This document shows positions 1-9,936 of a stretch of DNA of 64,000 bases, piece by piece. Below the pieces are notes generated by a model, which saw only the letters and a program-made list of their open reading frames with translations, was not told the DNA's origin and did no database searches. Origin of the DNA: Candidatus Pacebacteria bacterium CG2_30_36_39 (lineage in GTDB: Bacteria > Patescibacteriota > Microgenomatia > UBA1400 > PJMF01). The stretch covers positions 78,030 to 142,029 of the forward strand of contig MNZB01000004.1 in NCBI GenBank assembly GCA_001873435.1. Reading direction: 5' to 3'. The position numbers and the translations under genes were made by a program. Each line of letters begins with the position of its first letter. The first letter of the stretch is position 1.

Positions 1-236
1 AAATACAAAATAAACATACCCTTAGGTTGAACGAGTTGCTAATTAACACGACATATTAAAGAGCTGTTTTACTTTATGTTTCATAGCGCATTGCTAATAT
101 TTAAAGTAAAACCTATAACATAATAGCACTTACTCAATAAATAGTCAAACTATGGGATATAAAACAGGGGTGGTTTTTCCCACTAATTACGTTACACTTC
201 ACATAAACCACTATTAAGTATGAATACCTTAAATAA

Positions 237-488
237 ATGGTCGAAAAAATTGAAATAACCAAAAAAATAACCAAAGATAAACTCCCAGAATTTGTTTTTA
301 ATCTTGCCGTTCAATTTAATAATGTCGAAGCCACAGAACTCGCCCCAATAGTTATCAAAGTAATAGAAAAAATTACAGAACCACAACTTTCATTTTCAGA
401 GTTAAGTGGCGAGCAACAAGAGATAATAATAGATTTTATTACTGAATTTTTGCCCCAACTAATTTTAGAAGATGCTGCAAAAGCCTAA
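237..488 (+). CDS. hypothetical small acidic protein (83 aa)
   Basis: ORF in six-frame track; acidic, no recognisable motif; the overlapping minus-strand 64-aa ORF looks spurious. Confidence 0.3.
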   Translation: MVEKIEITKKITKDKLPEFVFNLAVQFNNVEATELAPIVIKVIEKITEPQLSFSELSGEQQEIIIDFITEFLPQLILEDAAKA

Positions 489-489
489 T

Positions 490-1644
490 CTATCTAGATA
501 GGACACCATTTGTTTCCATGCCAACAAAAACCTCATGATACCAATCTTTTAGATGAGGAAATTTGGGATAGTTTTTTCCTAACTGAAACATAATTTCGTT
601 ATAAGCAGATTTCCTTGCTTCCTCTAGACTCTGATCTCGCCAGCGATATAGGAAAGCTTCAAATTTATCTAGAATTTCCAAAAAAGCAACTTTTTTTATC
701 CAGTCTTGATCATTAATAACGACATTAAGATCTACAAGACTAGCTGTAATTCCCTGAGAAAAATGATGGGATAATGACATGTCAACAAGACTAGATTGGT
801 CTTTGTTCAGTAACCCCACTCTTTGTAAGAAGAACTCACCAAATTGAATATGGCTAGTGGTAAAGAAATAGCGCATTGGAGTTGTTTTTGGGTCTTTGCC
901 GATGTTTACCAAAAACTCTCTTTCTTCTGAAGAAAGAGAAAATAGTTCTAAAGATTTTCTTTGCAAATCTTCATTTTCACCAGCCTCTTCGCTAGCTACT
1001 TGTTGTAAAACATAGAAGTATATTTCTAGTGGAAGCATAAAAAAGATGCCATTTTTAAAAATAGCATCATAATCGGAAATTCCGTTTTCTGGAGTTTTTT
1101 TACTGATCTGAGCCAATGATTCATGTAGTTCTTCATGGAATTTTGCTGGGTCGCATTCGAGCAGCCATTGTTGGTGTCTTTTGCGGAAAATTGCTTGATT
1201 AAATATTCTTCTGACTACTGCTTCTGGTTGGCCGTCTTTTGCTTCAAATGGACCAGCTTTGCCAATGTCACTAATGAAAATCATAAATAATAAATCAGCA
1301 ATGAACTTGTCGTCTGCTTTAAAAAATTCTTTGATCCAAGGTAAATGGTCTAAAACCTTTTTGGCCATGGAAACCTCATATCCCCAGTGACATCTTTGGT
1401 CTTCATGGACTTTAAAAACAGGTTCTTCGGTTAAAAACCCTAATTGATTTAATAAAGAAGATGGATAGGCAAGAAAGCTCTGTTTGAGTGTTTCTGAAAG
1501 TTTGGTATTTTGAACGTCTGGGTGAGTTAATAGTTCAAAAAGTTCAGAACGAATTTGCTTTGCAGCATCAGTTAATTTGTTATCTTTTTTTTCTTGGCTT
1601 ATGTTTTCTTCTCCAACCGAAACTTTTTTTTCTTGTTCGATCAT
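490..1644 (-). CDS. hypothetical protein, possible degenerate HD-domain phosphohydrolase fold
   Basis: 384-aa ORF; H...H followed about 30 aa later by FISDIGK, which resembles the HD-domain LHDIGK motif but with His replaced by Ser. Confidence 0.45.
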   Translation of the reverse strand: MIEQEKKVSVGEENISQEKKDNKLTDAAKQIRSELFELLTHPDVQNTKLSETLKQSFLAYPSSLLNQLGFLTEEPVFKVHEDQRCHWGYEVSMAKKVLDHLPWIKEFFKADDKFIADLLFMIFISDIGKAGPFEAKDGQPEAVVRRIFNQAIFRKRHQQWLLECDPAKFHEELHESLAQISKKTPENGISDYDAIFKNGIFFMLPLEIYFYVLQQVASEEAGENEDLQRKSLELFSLSSEEREFLVNIGKDPKTTPMRYFFTTSHIQFGEFFLQRVGLLNKDQSSLVDMSLSHHFSQGITASLVDLNVVINDQDWIKKVAFLEILDKFEAFLYRWRDQSLEEARKSAYNEIMFQLGKNYPKFPHLKDWYHEVFVGMETNGVLSR

Positions 1645-1717
1645 TGATTAGGGTATTATATACCTCAAGTATAGTTAGTGTAATTATTTAAAAAAACTTT
1701 CCTGATATACTAACGCC

Positions 1718-2383
1718 ATGTCCCTATTCTCTCGTGCACCAGGTGAAAATCTCTTAAAAAAGTTTTTTCATAACTACAAACCAACAACATATAAAACTGG
1801 AGAAATCATTCTTCAACCCAACGATGACCTACGCTTTATCCACTTTGTTGACTCTGGCTATGTAAGCCAACAATTAGTCTCTGAAAATGGAGAAGACTTC
1901 ATCGTCAATATCTACAGAACTGGATCATATTTCCCTATTGCCGTAATTCTCCATGGCACCAAAAATGACTATTTCTATGAAAGCCTAACCAAAGTTATAA
2001 TTTATAGAGTCCCAATCAAAGACGTCTTGGATTTCCTAAAAACCAATCCAGCAGCAATGGAAGAATTATTAATCCGCCTAAGCTCAGGACTAAATACTTT
2101 GGCAAATAAAACCGAAGCACTAGTATTTGGAAATGCCAAAAGAAAAGTTGCTGCTACCCTATACTTCACCGCTCAACGTTTTGGAAAAAATGAAAACAAC
2201 AAAATAATCATTGATTTCCCCCTAACCCACAAACGAATTGCCGCTATGACCGGTATTACCCGTGAAACAGCTAGCATCGAAATGATGAAACTCAAAAAAG
2301 AAAATATAATCAGCTATAAAGGCAAACAAGTAACTATCCTTAGCTTGGACAAGTTGCACCACTCTTGCTTGTGCAATGAATAA
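1718..2383 (+). CDS. Crp/Fnr family transcriptional regulator
   Basis: 221 aa; N-terminal cNMP-binding-like beta-roll, C-terminal HTH (RIAAMTGITRETASIEMMKLKKENII). Confidence 0.7.
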   Translation: MSLFSRAPGENLLKKFFHNYKPTTYKTGEIILQPNDDLRFIHFVDSGYVSQQLVSENGEDFIVNIYRTGSYFPIAVILHGTKNDYFYESLTKVIIYRVPIKDVLDFLKTNPAAMEELLIRLSSGLNTLANKTEALVFGNAKRKVAATLYFTAQRFGKNENNKIIIDFPLTHKRIAAMTGITRETASIEMMKLKKENIISYKGKQVTILSLDKLHHSCLCNE

Positions 2384-2384
2384 T

Positions 2385-2696
2385 CTAAGCCTTTGGATTA
2401 ATAACTAGCTTTTTAAACTTACCAGAGCGCAATAACAGGGCAATTACAGCATAAACTGCAATATCCTGCCAGTTATCAGCTAAACTCTCATTTTCTGGGT
2501 CTTTTCCAGCGGTTAAAAGATTTTGTAAACGACGTAGTTTGTCATTAGTACGAAATAAAATACCTAACTCACCATTATCTAAAATATTATCCTTACCGTA
2601 ATCCTTGTGTTTCTGAATAAAAGTCTCGACCATTTTTTCACATTCCTCACGAAAAGCATCGTCAAGGTATTGTGGAGTGGTCTGCTTATTTACCAT
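2385..2696 (-). CDS. DUF1599-like / MazG-like all-alpha nucleotide pyrophosphohydrolase-fold protein
   Basis: likely start at MVNKQ (ATG at 2696), upstream Met in the ORF track probably not used; motifs KHKDYG and RTNDKLRRLQNL typical of the phage-associated DUF1599 family. Confidence 0.4.
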   Translation of the reverse strand: MVNKQTTPQYLDDAFREECEKMVETFIQKHKDYGKDNILDNGELGILFRTNDKLRRLQNLLTAGKDPENESLADNWQDIAVYAVIALLLRSGKFKKLVINPKA

Positions 2697-2737
2697 GAAA
2701 GTTTCCCTTCTATAAACCTGCTTAGGCTTATAGAGTA

Positions 2738-2778
2738 ACACACCCCCCGGTCTTTTTTAAAGAACCGGGGGGTGTGAC
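2738..2778. terminator. GC-rich hairpin (acaccccccgg...ccggggggtgt), probable intrinsic terminator of the 2803-3123 gene
   Basis: perfect 11-12 bp G/C stem with A/T-rich loop, immediately downstream of the minus-strand gene ending at 2803. Confidence 0.45.
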
Positions 2779-2802
2779 TTATTTCAATAATCTAAAAAGT
2801 GA

Positions 2803-3123
2803 TTATTTACCCATGCGAACACGAGCGATAGTAGCAACAATTCCTGTGGCTACAGTGCCAAGTGACATGGCAATACCCTGAGCATCAAGACCAGTGTTAA
2901 CCACTTCGTGGGCGGCAACATTATCTCTCTTGATCACTACGCGAGTAGAGGCATCACTTTTGGTTTTACAGTTGATTTGTTGGCCATATTGACCAGTTTC
3001 ACAAACTGCTTCTGCACTAGCATTGGCTTCAGCTTCGACTTGATCAGCCATAGCTGGAGTAACAAAACCATGTAATACAACTGCAGCAACGGCTACAGCG
3101 ATTAGAGATTTGACCATTTTCAT
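2803..3123 (-). CDS. small secreted protein with signal peptide, two Cys, and C-terminal hydrophobic segment plus basic tail
   Basis: MKMVKSLIAVAVAAVVLHGFVTPAMA signal peptide (AMA-D cleavage); C-terminus VNTGLDAQGIAMSLGTVATGIVATIARVRMGK; GC visibly higher than flanks. Confidence 0.55.
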   Translation of the reverse strand: MKMVKSLIAVAVAAVVLHGFVTPAMADQVEAEANASAEAVCETGQYGQQINCKTKSDASTRVVIKRDNVAAHEVVNTGLDAQGIAMSLGTVATGIVATIARVRMGK

Positions 3124-3309
3124 GCGTTTCCTTTAGTCAACCCCGTTGTAGGGCTGCAATTGATTAATACTACAGTCGACAAAAATATGATTTAAGCGAC
3201 TATGATCCAGTATGATATCAAAATAAAGTCCTTTTGTCAATAGTTATAGGGACGTTACTCGATAAAAAAACATTTGGAAAAACAAAACAAAATATAAAAA
3301 ATGAAAAAA

Positions 3310-4557
3310 CTAATAATTTATATGAAGATAATAAGTATTTTCAGCATCATCCTTATGCTCTACTTTTACATAGCGCAACAAACCGCCACCACACTTAATA
3401 CTACCTCTATATAAAGTACCATCTCGTACTGCCTTAACAGTGTAATCACCACTAGTCTTACTCACCATATCAATACCAGTATGAGGAGAACCTCCATAGG
3501 CACGCCTGACCCTAGCATAGTAAGTCATGCCATAACCCTGAGTAATTAAAGCAGCATTATTAACTGGCCAATCCCAACTACCACTAAAACCAAATGACCC
3601 GTCAGGACTATTGCTCCAAGTAATATCAGTGCTCTTTAAATAACCAGCTGGATCTCGGTGTACTCCATTATTAGCCACCTCAAAATGAAGATGAGTACCA
3701 GTAGAACAAGCAGAGGCACCAGCAATAATACTAGCAATATTGTCACCCTGTTTAATATCACGAACTTTTGTTTCAGAACCTCTGCCAGCAATAATAGATT
3801 GAATAGCCTCCAACTCAGCTAATGTTTTAGCAAGTTCTGCCTGGTATTTAGCCTCACTACTCTGAGTTTCACTTAAGAGAAACTGTTGATCTTTTTTCTG
3901 ACCCAACAAAGAAGTTTGAAGCAACTTAAGAGAAACTCTTTTTTGCTCTAGTTGAATTTGTTTTTCTTCTTTAAGTTGTTTTTGATCATCATATTCTAAA
4001 CGTTGATTTTCAGTCTTTGCCATTACATCAGCTGTTTGTTTTTGAGCTTGTGACAAGTAACGCATTTTCATCACCAGATCTGAAAATGAACTAGATCCGA
4101 GCAGTTGCAAACTTGGAACTGTACGACTCTGTTTATATTGAGCTCTAACTCTCTCAATCAAAACCGTACTCAAACGATCCAGTGAATAGCCTAAGCCTTT
4201 AATTCTTTCAGCTAATTCAGCTACTTGATCTTCTAGTTGAATAATCTCTGCCTGAGTCAAATCTACTTGTAATTGTTGGAGCGAAATTTGGCCATTTAAT
4301 AAATTAATAGTATTAGTCAAAGTCACTTTTTGACTCTGAGTATCTTTAATTTTTTGTTCCCAACAAGTTTGCTTGCTTTTATTACATGCTAAATAGGCAT
4401 TTTGGTCTTCAGTAGATCCTGTTCCTTGAGAACAAGTGATGGCAGCACAATCCTCCTCAGCATAAATAGTTGAAACATGAAAAATTCTCAGCCACAAAAC
4501 ACCCAATAAAATAGGTAGCAACCAGAGAAAAGTGATCTTTTTACGCTTCATCACCAT
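3310..4557 (-). CDS. M23 family peptidase with N-terminal coiled coil (EnvC-like murein hydrolase activator)
   Basis: C-terminal M23 motifs (HTGIDM, HLHFEV); long Q/E/L-rich coiled-coil region; directly downstream of ftsEX as in characterised FtsEX-EnvC systems. Confidence 0.75.
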   Translation of the reverse strand: MVMKRKKITFLWLLPILLGVLWLRIFHVSTIYAEEDCAAITCSQGTGSTEDQNAYLACNKSKQTCWEQKIKDTQSQKVTLTNTINLLNGQISLQQLQVDLTQAEIIQLEDQVAELAERIKGLGYSLDRLSTVLIERVRAQYKQSRTVPSLQLLGSSSFSDLVMKMRYLSQAQKQTADVMAKTENQRLEYDDQKQLKEEKQIQLEQKRVSLKLLQTSLLGQKKDQQFLLSETQSSEAKYQAELAKTLAELEAIQSIIAGRGSETKVRDIKQGDNIASIIAGASACSTGTHLHFEVANNGVHRDPAGYLKSTDITWSNSPDGSFGFSGSWDWPVNNAALITQGYGMTYYARVRRAYGGSPHTGIDMVSKTSGDYTVKAVRDGTLYRGSIKCGGGLLRYVKVEHKDDAENTYYLHINY

Positions 4558-4566
4558 AGCCTCATT

Positions 4567-5439
4567 CTACCGTCTTTGCATCATTCGTCGAGCGGCCATT
4601 AAACTAGCTGTAGTTCCCAACAATAAAGCAGCTACTGTCCCAGCACCCAACTGATAAACAAAAAACTGCAGTGGCAATGGAAATTGCACTATCAAACCAA
4701 GGAAATTCTGCAACCAAGGAGTGGCATAAAGCAAAATTGCATACATCGCACCCCAACCAAGCAATGAACCAACAAACCCATACAACATACCCTCCAAAAC
4801 AAAAGGACCAGCAATATACCAATTAGTTGCACCAATAATCTTCATTACTGCAATAGCATTTCTCTTGGCAGCAACCTTCATACTCATCAAAGTCATAATC
4901 ATTAGAAAAGAAACAACTCCCAAAATACTAGTTGCAACCAAACCCACTCCACGAACAGCAGCAGTCCACTGTTGAATATCAGCAACAATATCCTCCTGGT
5001 AAACAACATCCTCTACTCCCTTAGCACTTTTAAGATCTGCCTGAATTAAATTAAGAGCAGCAACATCTTTTCCAGAAACCTCAATACTAGCTGGCAAAAT
5101 ATCTGCAGTAACCAACTCCAGTAAAAGTGGATTATCCTTGTGATCTTGTTTATAGAACTCTAAAGCCTGTTGTTTAGTCACTAACTTAACATCAGTAACA
5201 TAACTTTTCTCTTTCATAGAAGAAGCAAGCTTCTCTACATCATCTGCTGTAGTTTGAATTTCAAAAAAAGCAATCACCTGGGGCCTAGTCTCAAAAAACT
5301 TCAAAATCGAATCAGTACCAAAAGCCAATAAAGAAAAAATATATGCCACAAAAAAAGTAACTGTCACCATCGACAACGCCAAAACACTCTGATACGGAGA
5401 GCGACGAATAGCAACCAAAGCATCTTGTAATTTTTTCAT
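4567..5439 (-). CDS. ftsX: cell division permease FtsX
   Basis: 290 aa; FtsX-like topology (N-terminal TM, large extracytoplasmic loop, C-terminal TM cluster); overlaps ftsE by 4 bp. Confidence 0.7.
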   Translation of the reverse strand: MKKLQDALVAIRRSPYQSVLALSMVTVTFFVAYIFSLLAFGTDSILKFFETRPQVIAFFEIQTTADDVEKLASSMKEKSYVTDVKLVTKQQALEFYKQDHKDNPLLLELVTADILPASIEVSGKDVAALNLIQADLKSAKGVEDVVYQEDIVADIQQWTAAVRGVGLVATSILGVVSFLMIMTLMSMKVAAKRNAIAVMKIIGATNWYIAGPFVLEGMLYGFVGSLLGWGAMYAILLYATPWLQNFLGLIVQFPLPLQFFVYQLGAGTVAALLLGTTASLMAARRMMQRR

Positions 5440-6377
5440 GTTTTTTTCTCCACTCCATGCTCTTTTTTAGCTTTCTTAGTCTCTGTTTTTTCTTTCTTCT
5501 GCTCAACCTCTTTTTTATCTAAAATCTCAGACATCCTAGCTTCAATCTCATCCTTATCAATAGCTTTTTTCTTAAAAAAAGACAAATCTAAAGTAATACC
5601 AAAAGCTTTTCTCTTTTTTTGCTTATCCTCAGTTTTTATTTTCTCAACCTTCTTCTGTTCAGCTTTTTTATCTTCATGATCATGATTTTCAACAACCTTA
5701 TCTGGACTAGCTGGCCTAGAATCTCTTTTCAAAACACCCTTCTCCAATTCCAAATGCCTCTCTCTTTCCAAAGCATCCAAAAGAGCCAAATCATGAGTAG
5801 CCAATAAAATTGTTGTACCCAAATCATTAATCTGTTGCAACAACCTCATAATCTCCAAACTTGCCTTACTATCAAGATTGCCAGTTGGCTCATCAGCAAA
5901 AATCAAACTTGGACCAGTAGCTAAAGCTCTAGCAATACTAACCTTTTGGGCCTCACCACCAGAAAGTTGTTTTGGAAAAAGCAAGGCTTTCTCAGTCAAA
6001 GAAACTAAGTTCAATAAATCGGTAACCCTAGATTCAACTTCATCATTAGACTTGCCAATAATTGATAATGGCAAAGCAATATTCTCCCAAACATTTAACT
6101 CTGGCAAAAGCCTGTAATCTTGAAAAACTACCCCTATCTTACGACGATGCTGAGGTATCTGCTTTCTAGGCATTTCAGTCAAAGAAATATTTTTATAAGT
6201 AATTTCTCCAGAAGTTGGCTCCAAATCTTTAATCAAAAGATTCATTAAGGTAGTTTTACCACTACCAGAAGGACCATGCACAACAACCAACTCACCAGAC
6301 TTAATATGAAATGAAATATCCTGAAGAGCAACAACCCCACTGCCAAATTTTTTGGTAACTGATGAAAAAGTAATCAT
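5436..6377 (-). CDS. ftsE: cell division ATP-binding protein FtsE with about 90-aa Lys/Glu-rich C-terminal extension
   Basis: Walker A GPSGSGKTT, ABC signature LSGGEAQKVSIARAL, Walker B LIFADEPTGNLD; KE-rich low-complexity tail. Confidence 0.85.
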   Translation of the reverse strand: MITFSSVTKKFGSGVVALQDISFHIKSGELVVVHGPSGSGKTTLMNLLIKDLEPTSGEITYKNISLTEMPRKQIPQHRRKIGVVFQDYRLLPELNVWENIALPLSIIGKSNDEVESRVTDLLNLVSLTEKALLFPKQLSGGEAQKVSIARALATGPSLIFADEPTGNLDSKASLEIMRLLQQINDLGTTILLATHDLALLDALERERHLELEKGVLKRDSRPASPDKVVENHDHEDKKAEQKKVEKIKTEDKQKKRKAFGITLDLSFFKKKAIDKDEIEARMSEILDKKEVEQKKEKTETKKAKKEHGVEKKT

Positions 6378-6450
6378 GATGTATTCCCATGATACAAAAA
6401 CCTACACGATTGCACTAGCACGAAATCGAATTTTACTAAAATTAAGAAAG

Positions 6451-7104
6451 TTATTCTGCCTCGACAGGAGCCTCGGCCTCAACCTCAATAACCTGAACTC
6501 TTCCCACATCCATCAACCAACCAGCTTTTTGACCCTTAAAAGTCTCACCCCAAACCTTAACCTTCATCCCCACCATCTTATCTAGATCTGTGATAGAAGA
6601 AGTTAAATAAACTGTTTGACTCTCACCACCTTCGCGTAATAAACGATGCGAACCCTCATCTTCTGCACCACCAGCAGCCAAATATCCCTCTGCATTATCC
6701 TTAAAAGTTAAATCATCCTTAACCCCAAAAACATCTCCAGCCTTAATATTATCTCCAGCAATCTGTTGAGTTGCCTGAGGAGAATCAGCAACATTATTCT
6801 TTTTATTCAACTTAAAAGCACCATAACCAGTACCAACCCCAGCAATAACAGCAATTAAAATTAAACTTATTAAAACTATTTTCTTTTGTTTGGATTGCAT
6901 AGGCATTTCTTTTTTTGTTTCTAAATCTAAAACTTTTATCTGGGTTTTACCAGATCTATTTACACGCACAGACGAACTAGAATTGTCGCTGACAGATGTT
7001 TTTTCGTCAACCGGTGTTTGGTCTGTATCGATAGAAATTTTTGTTACATCATCCAAATTTTCCATACGAACATGAAGTTTAGAATCTTGCATATTATTTA
7101 TCAT
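6451..7104 (-). CDS. hypothetical bitopic membrane protein
   Basis: 217 aa; about 75-aa N-terminal Ser-rich cytoplasmic part, one TM ([22 protein letters not shown]), extracytoplasmic C-terminal domain; lies between prfB and ftsE. Confidence 0.5.
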   Translation of the reverse strand: MINNMQDSKLHVRMENLDDVTKISIDTDQTPVDEKTSVSDNSSSSVRVNRSGKTQIKVLDLETKKEMPMQSKQKKIVLISLILIAVIAGVGTGYGAFKLNKKNNVADSPQATQQIAGDNIKAGDVFGVKDDLTFKDNAEGYLAAGGAEDEGSHRLLREGGESQTVYLTSSITDLDKMVGMKVKVWGETFKGQKAGWLMDVGRVQVIEVEAEAPVEAE

Positions 7105-7114
7105 ACCCCATTCT

Positions 7115-8197
7115 TTAAGAAATTTTCAGCTCCTCATAAATGAAATCATCCAAATCTCCATCTAAAACACCACTGGTATTTGAAGTTTCAACCTCTGTCC
7201 TAGTATCTTTAACCAACTGATAAGGATGAAGAACATAATTACGAATTTGAGTACCCCAGCTAGCATTGTGATGTTCACCCTTTTGCTGCGCCAACTCAGC
7301 CTGCTGCCTCTCTTCTTCTAAAACAGCTAATTTTGATTTCAACATCACCAAAGCCTTTTCTCTATTCTGAACCTGGCTTCTTTCTTCACGGCAACGAACA
7401 ACAATCCCAGAAGGAATATGACGTAACTCAACAGCACTATTCACCTTATTAACATTCTGACCTCCAGCACCGCCCGCTCTCATAAAAGACCACTCCAAAT
7501 CAGTGTCTTTCAACTCGATCTCATCTGTATCCTCAATTAGCGGAGCAACTTCAACTAAAGCAAAAGAAGTTTGACGCAAATTATCAGCATTAAACGGACT
7601 TAAACGCACCAAACGATGAGTTCCTTGTTCTTTTTTAAGATAACCATAAGCATAACGAGCACGAACTTCATAAACCATTTCTTTAATTCCGGCATCTTCA
7701 CCTCTAACTTCAGAAATTAAAGAGAATTTCCAACCCTTTCTCTCAAAATACCTGGCATACATCCTAGCCACCATCTCTGCCCAATCCATTGCTTCTGTTC
7801 CACCCTGTCCTGGATGGATAGATAACATAGCTGCAACATTATCATATTTACCCTTGAGGTAAGTTCTCAACTCTAATTCAGTTAATAACTTACTTAACTG
7901 CCAATATTTTGCCTCTGTTTCTGAAGCAAAAGATTCTTGATCAGCTGCCTCTAACTCCAAATAAGCAGCTACATCATTAGCCAAATCAGTTAAGCGCTGT
8001 AAATCATCTAGTCTACCCTGGAGAAAAGAAACTTGTTGCATCTTCTGCTGAGCATCAGCTCTATCCCAAAAACCAGGCATAGAAGACTCCTGCTGTACTA
8101 ATTCAAGCTCTTTATTTAGTTCATCAAGCTTAGTAGCTACCAAAAACTCTCTGGCTTGAATAACTTTTTGAGATAATTCTTCATGAGTTAATTGCAT
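7115..8197 (-). CDS. prfB: peptide chain release factor 2
   Basis: GGQ motif ([12 protein letters not shown]) and RF2-specific SPF tripeptide; start set at MQLTHEEL (ATG 8197) rather than the upstream in-frame Met; single continuous frame. Confidence 0.85.
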   Translation of the reverse strand: MQLTHEELSQKVIQAREFLVATKLDELNKELELVQQESSMPGFWDRADAQQKMQQVSFLQGRLDDLQRLTDLANDVAAYLELEAADQESFASETEAKYWQLSKLLTELELRTYLKGKYDNVAAMLSIHPGQGGTEAMDWAEMVARMYARYFERKGWKFSLISEVRGEDAGIKEMVYEVRARYAYGYLKKEQGTHRLVRLSPFNADNLRQTSFALVEVAPLIEDTDEIELKDTDLEWSFMRAGGAGGQNVNKVNSAVELRHIPSGIVVRCREERSQVQNREKALVMLKSKLAVLEEERQQAELAQQKGEHHNASWGTQIRNYVLHPYQLVKDTRTEVETSNTSGVLDGDLDDFIYEELKIS

Positions 8198-8210
8198 AAT
8201 ATTCAAAGTG

Positions 8211-9890
8211 CTATTGTACTGCCTCTCTACTTGGCAGACTCCAGGAAAATCCAACAAGATCAATTGTGGGCAATATTTTACCCATAATCGCAGTTTGATA
8301 AACTAATCCTGGTTGTTTCTGTACTAAGATTTTTCCAGACCAAGAATCTGGCGCAGAAAAATCTATCATCACTTGCTTTTGCGATTCTTCTGGAACCACT
8401 ACTAAAAAACCAATTTCAGTAAAAACCCGTCCACTAACAGCAATCTCCTGACTCTCCCAATCTTGCAAAACCTCATCTCCAACTACCACACTCAAAACCT
8501 CTATATCTTCTGGAACAATAAAACGATAGTAATTAACATAACCAAAATGATTCGCAACCTTATATGCTTTATTCTCTTGTTGCTCCAATGGTCTATCAGC
8601 TATTTTAGCCTGATTAGTAAAAAGAACTTTTAATCTAAGCAAAGAATCAATTGATTCAACCATTAAGTCACGCTTTACCTTTGCATTTGCCTTGTTAATA
8701 CCAACATTAGACTCAAGAGGATAAACAAAAAAATCATTTGGTGCCACCTGAGCTATTTCACCAGCAATCTCCAATTCCTCACTCGTCTTTTGCAACTGAT
8801 CATTTTTACTAAAAACCAAAACCTCTCGCCAAATCTGATTGCTTAAAACCTCAGAAAACAAGCTTGTTTTTTCCTTCTCCGAAAGCTGTTCTAACTTCAA
8901 CCATAGAGCTGTTTCTAACTCCTGCAACTGTTGAGCTTTTTGTTGACTACCTGGAAAAAATTCATTTCTATCTTGTCTCACTACTTGAGAAAATTCCTTA
9001 GCACTCATCCATCTAGATTCTGATGGTAAATATATAGAACCAATTTTATCCAAAACCTTCTCAACAGTCTGGGAATTAATTGCAATTACCCCATCATAAA
9101 ATTGTGGATCTTGCTTGATTTCTTCAAAAAACCAAAGAATTTTTTTAGCAGTAACAGGAAAGTCAGCAAACCAATTAGCATCGTGCAAAGCCATACCCCT
9201 ACCATCACTCAAATATCTAGCATGACCCATTGGTGATTCCGTAATCACACTAATCCCACTTGGATCATAAATATCTCTAATTGTCGGTCGCCAAAATTCT
9301 GAATTCTTAAAATCTAAAACTGCATATGAACCCATAAAACCACCAGTTGCTCTAATCTCATCAGCATTTTGAAAAATTACTAAATACTTTTTACCAGTCT
9401 GTTGTTCTTGATAAAAAACTCTTGCTAATTTAAGCAAATCTCTAAACTCATTAAGAGTAGCTGTTTGTTTGGACCAAAAAACTTTTCTAATAACTGCCTT
9501 ATTCCAAGCATCCAGTAATCTCTCTGTATGCTCAAAGGTTGGTAACAGATCTTGTTCTAAAACTTTGGAAATAAAATTATCAGACGAAAAACTTTTATTA
9601 AGCAATACATTACCATTCTTACCCAACCAAATTGTTTCTCTCCAGACCTCAACAACAGGTATTTGACGAAAAGATAATAAAGATAAAACCTCTGGAACTG
9701 GTTGAGAACCAGTAAAAAGCCAATAACTAAGAGTAAAATTATGCTTTAATATGGCTAAGATAGCCAAAAAAGTGGTTAGAATAGATAAAAATAAACTCAA
9801 AACAACCAAAGCAACTACTCTTTTTAAAATAGAAATTGAGCGCCATTTTTTAATGAAAACAGAACAATGTGGTAAAAACTGGTAATGCAT
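8211..9890 (-). CDS. membrane-anchored extracytoplasmic protein, DUF4012-like
   Basis: 559 aa; N-terminal TM helices; motif [14 protein letters not shown], recalled as characteristic of DUF4012 (from memory). Confidence 0.4.
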   Translation of the reverse strand: MHYQFLPHCSVFIKKWRSISILKRVVALVVLSLFLSILTTFLAILAILKHNFTLSYWLFTGSQPVPEVLSLLSFRQIPVVEVWRETIWLGKNGNVLLNKSFSSDNFISKVLEQDLLPTFEHTERLLDAWNKAVIRKVFWSKQTATLNEFRDLLKLARVFYQEQQTGKKYLVIFQNADEIRATGGFMGSYAVLDFKNSEFWRPTIRDIYDPSGISVITESPMGHARYLSDGRGMALHDANWFADFPVTAKKILWFFEEIKQDPQFYDGVIAINSQTVEKVLDKIGSIYLPSESRWMSAKEFSQVVRQDRNEFFPGSQQKAQQLQELETALWLKLEQLSEKEKTSLFSEVLSNQIWREVLVFSKNDQLQKTSEELEIAGEIAQVAPNDFFVYPLESNVGINKANAKVKRDLMVESIDSLLRLKVLFTNQAKIADRPLEQQENKAYKVANHFGYVNYYRFIVPEDIEVLSVVVGDEVLQDWESQEIAVSGRVFTEIGFLVVVPEESQKQVMIDFSAPDSWSGKILVQKQPGLVYQTAIMGKILPTIDLVGFSWSLPSREAVQ

Positions 9891-9936
9891 AACACTTTTC
9901 CCGTATAATACCGCAAAAGGACCTAGAAAATCTGCT

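Noticed and set aside
4604-5506. Nested minus-strand ORFs (72 and 64 aa) inside or at the junction of ftsX and ftsE
   Set aside because: Alternative frames of genuine genes with Cys/Trp-rich improbable compositions.
8198-8263. Upstream in-frame extension of prfB ([22 protein letters not shown])
   Set aside because: Overlaps the upstream gene end; the MQLTHEEL start gives a standard-length RF2.
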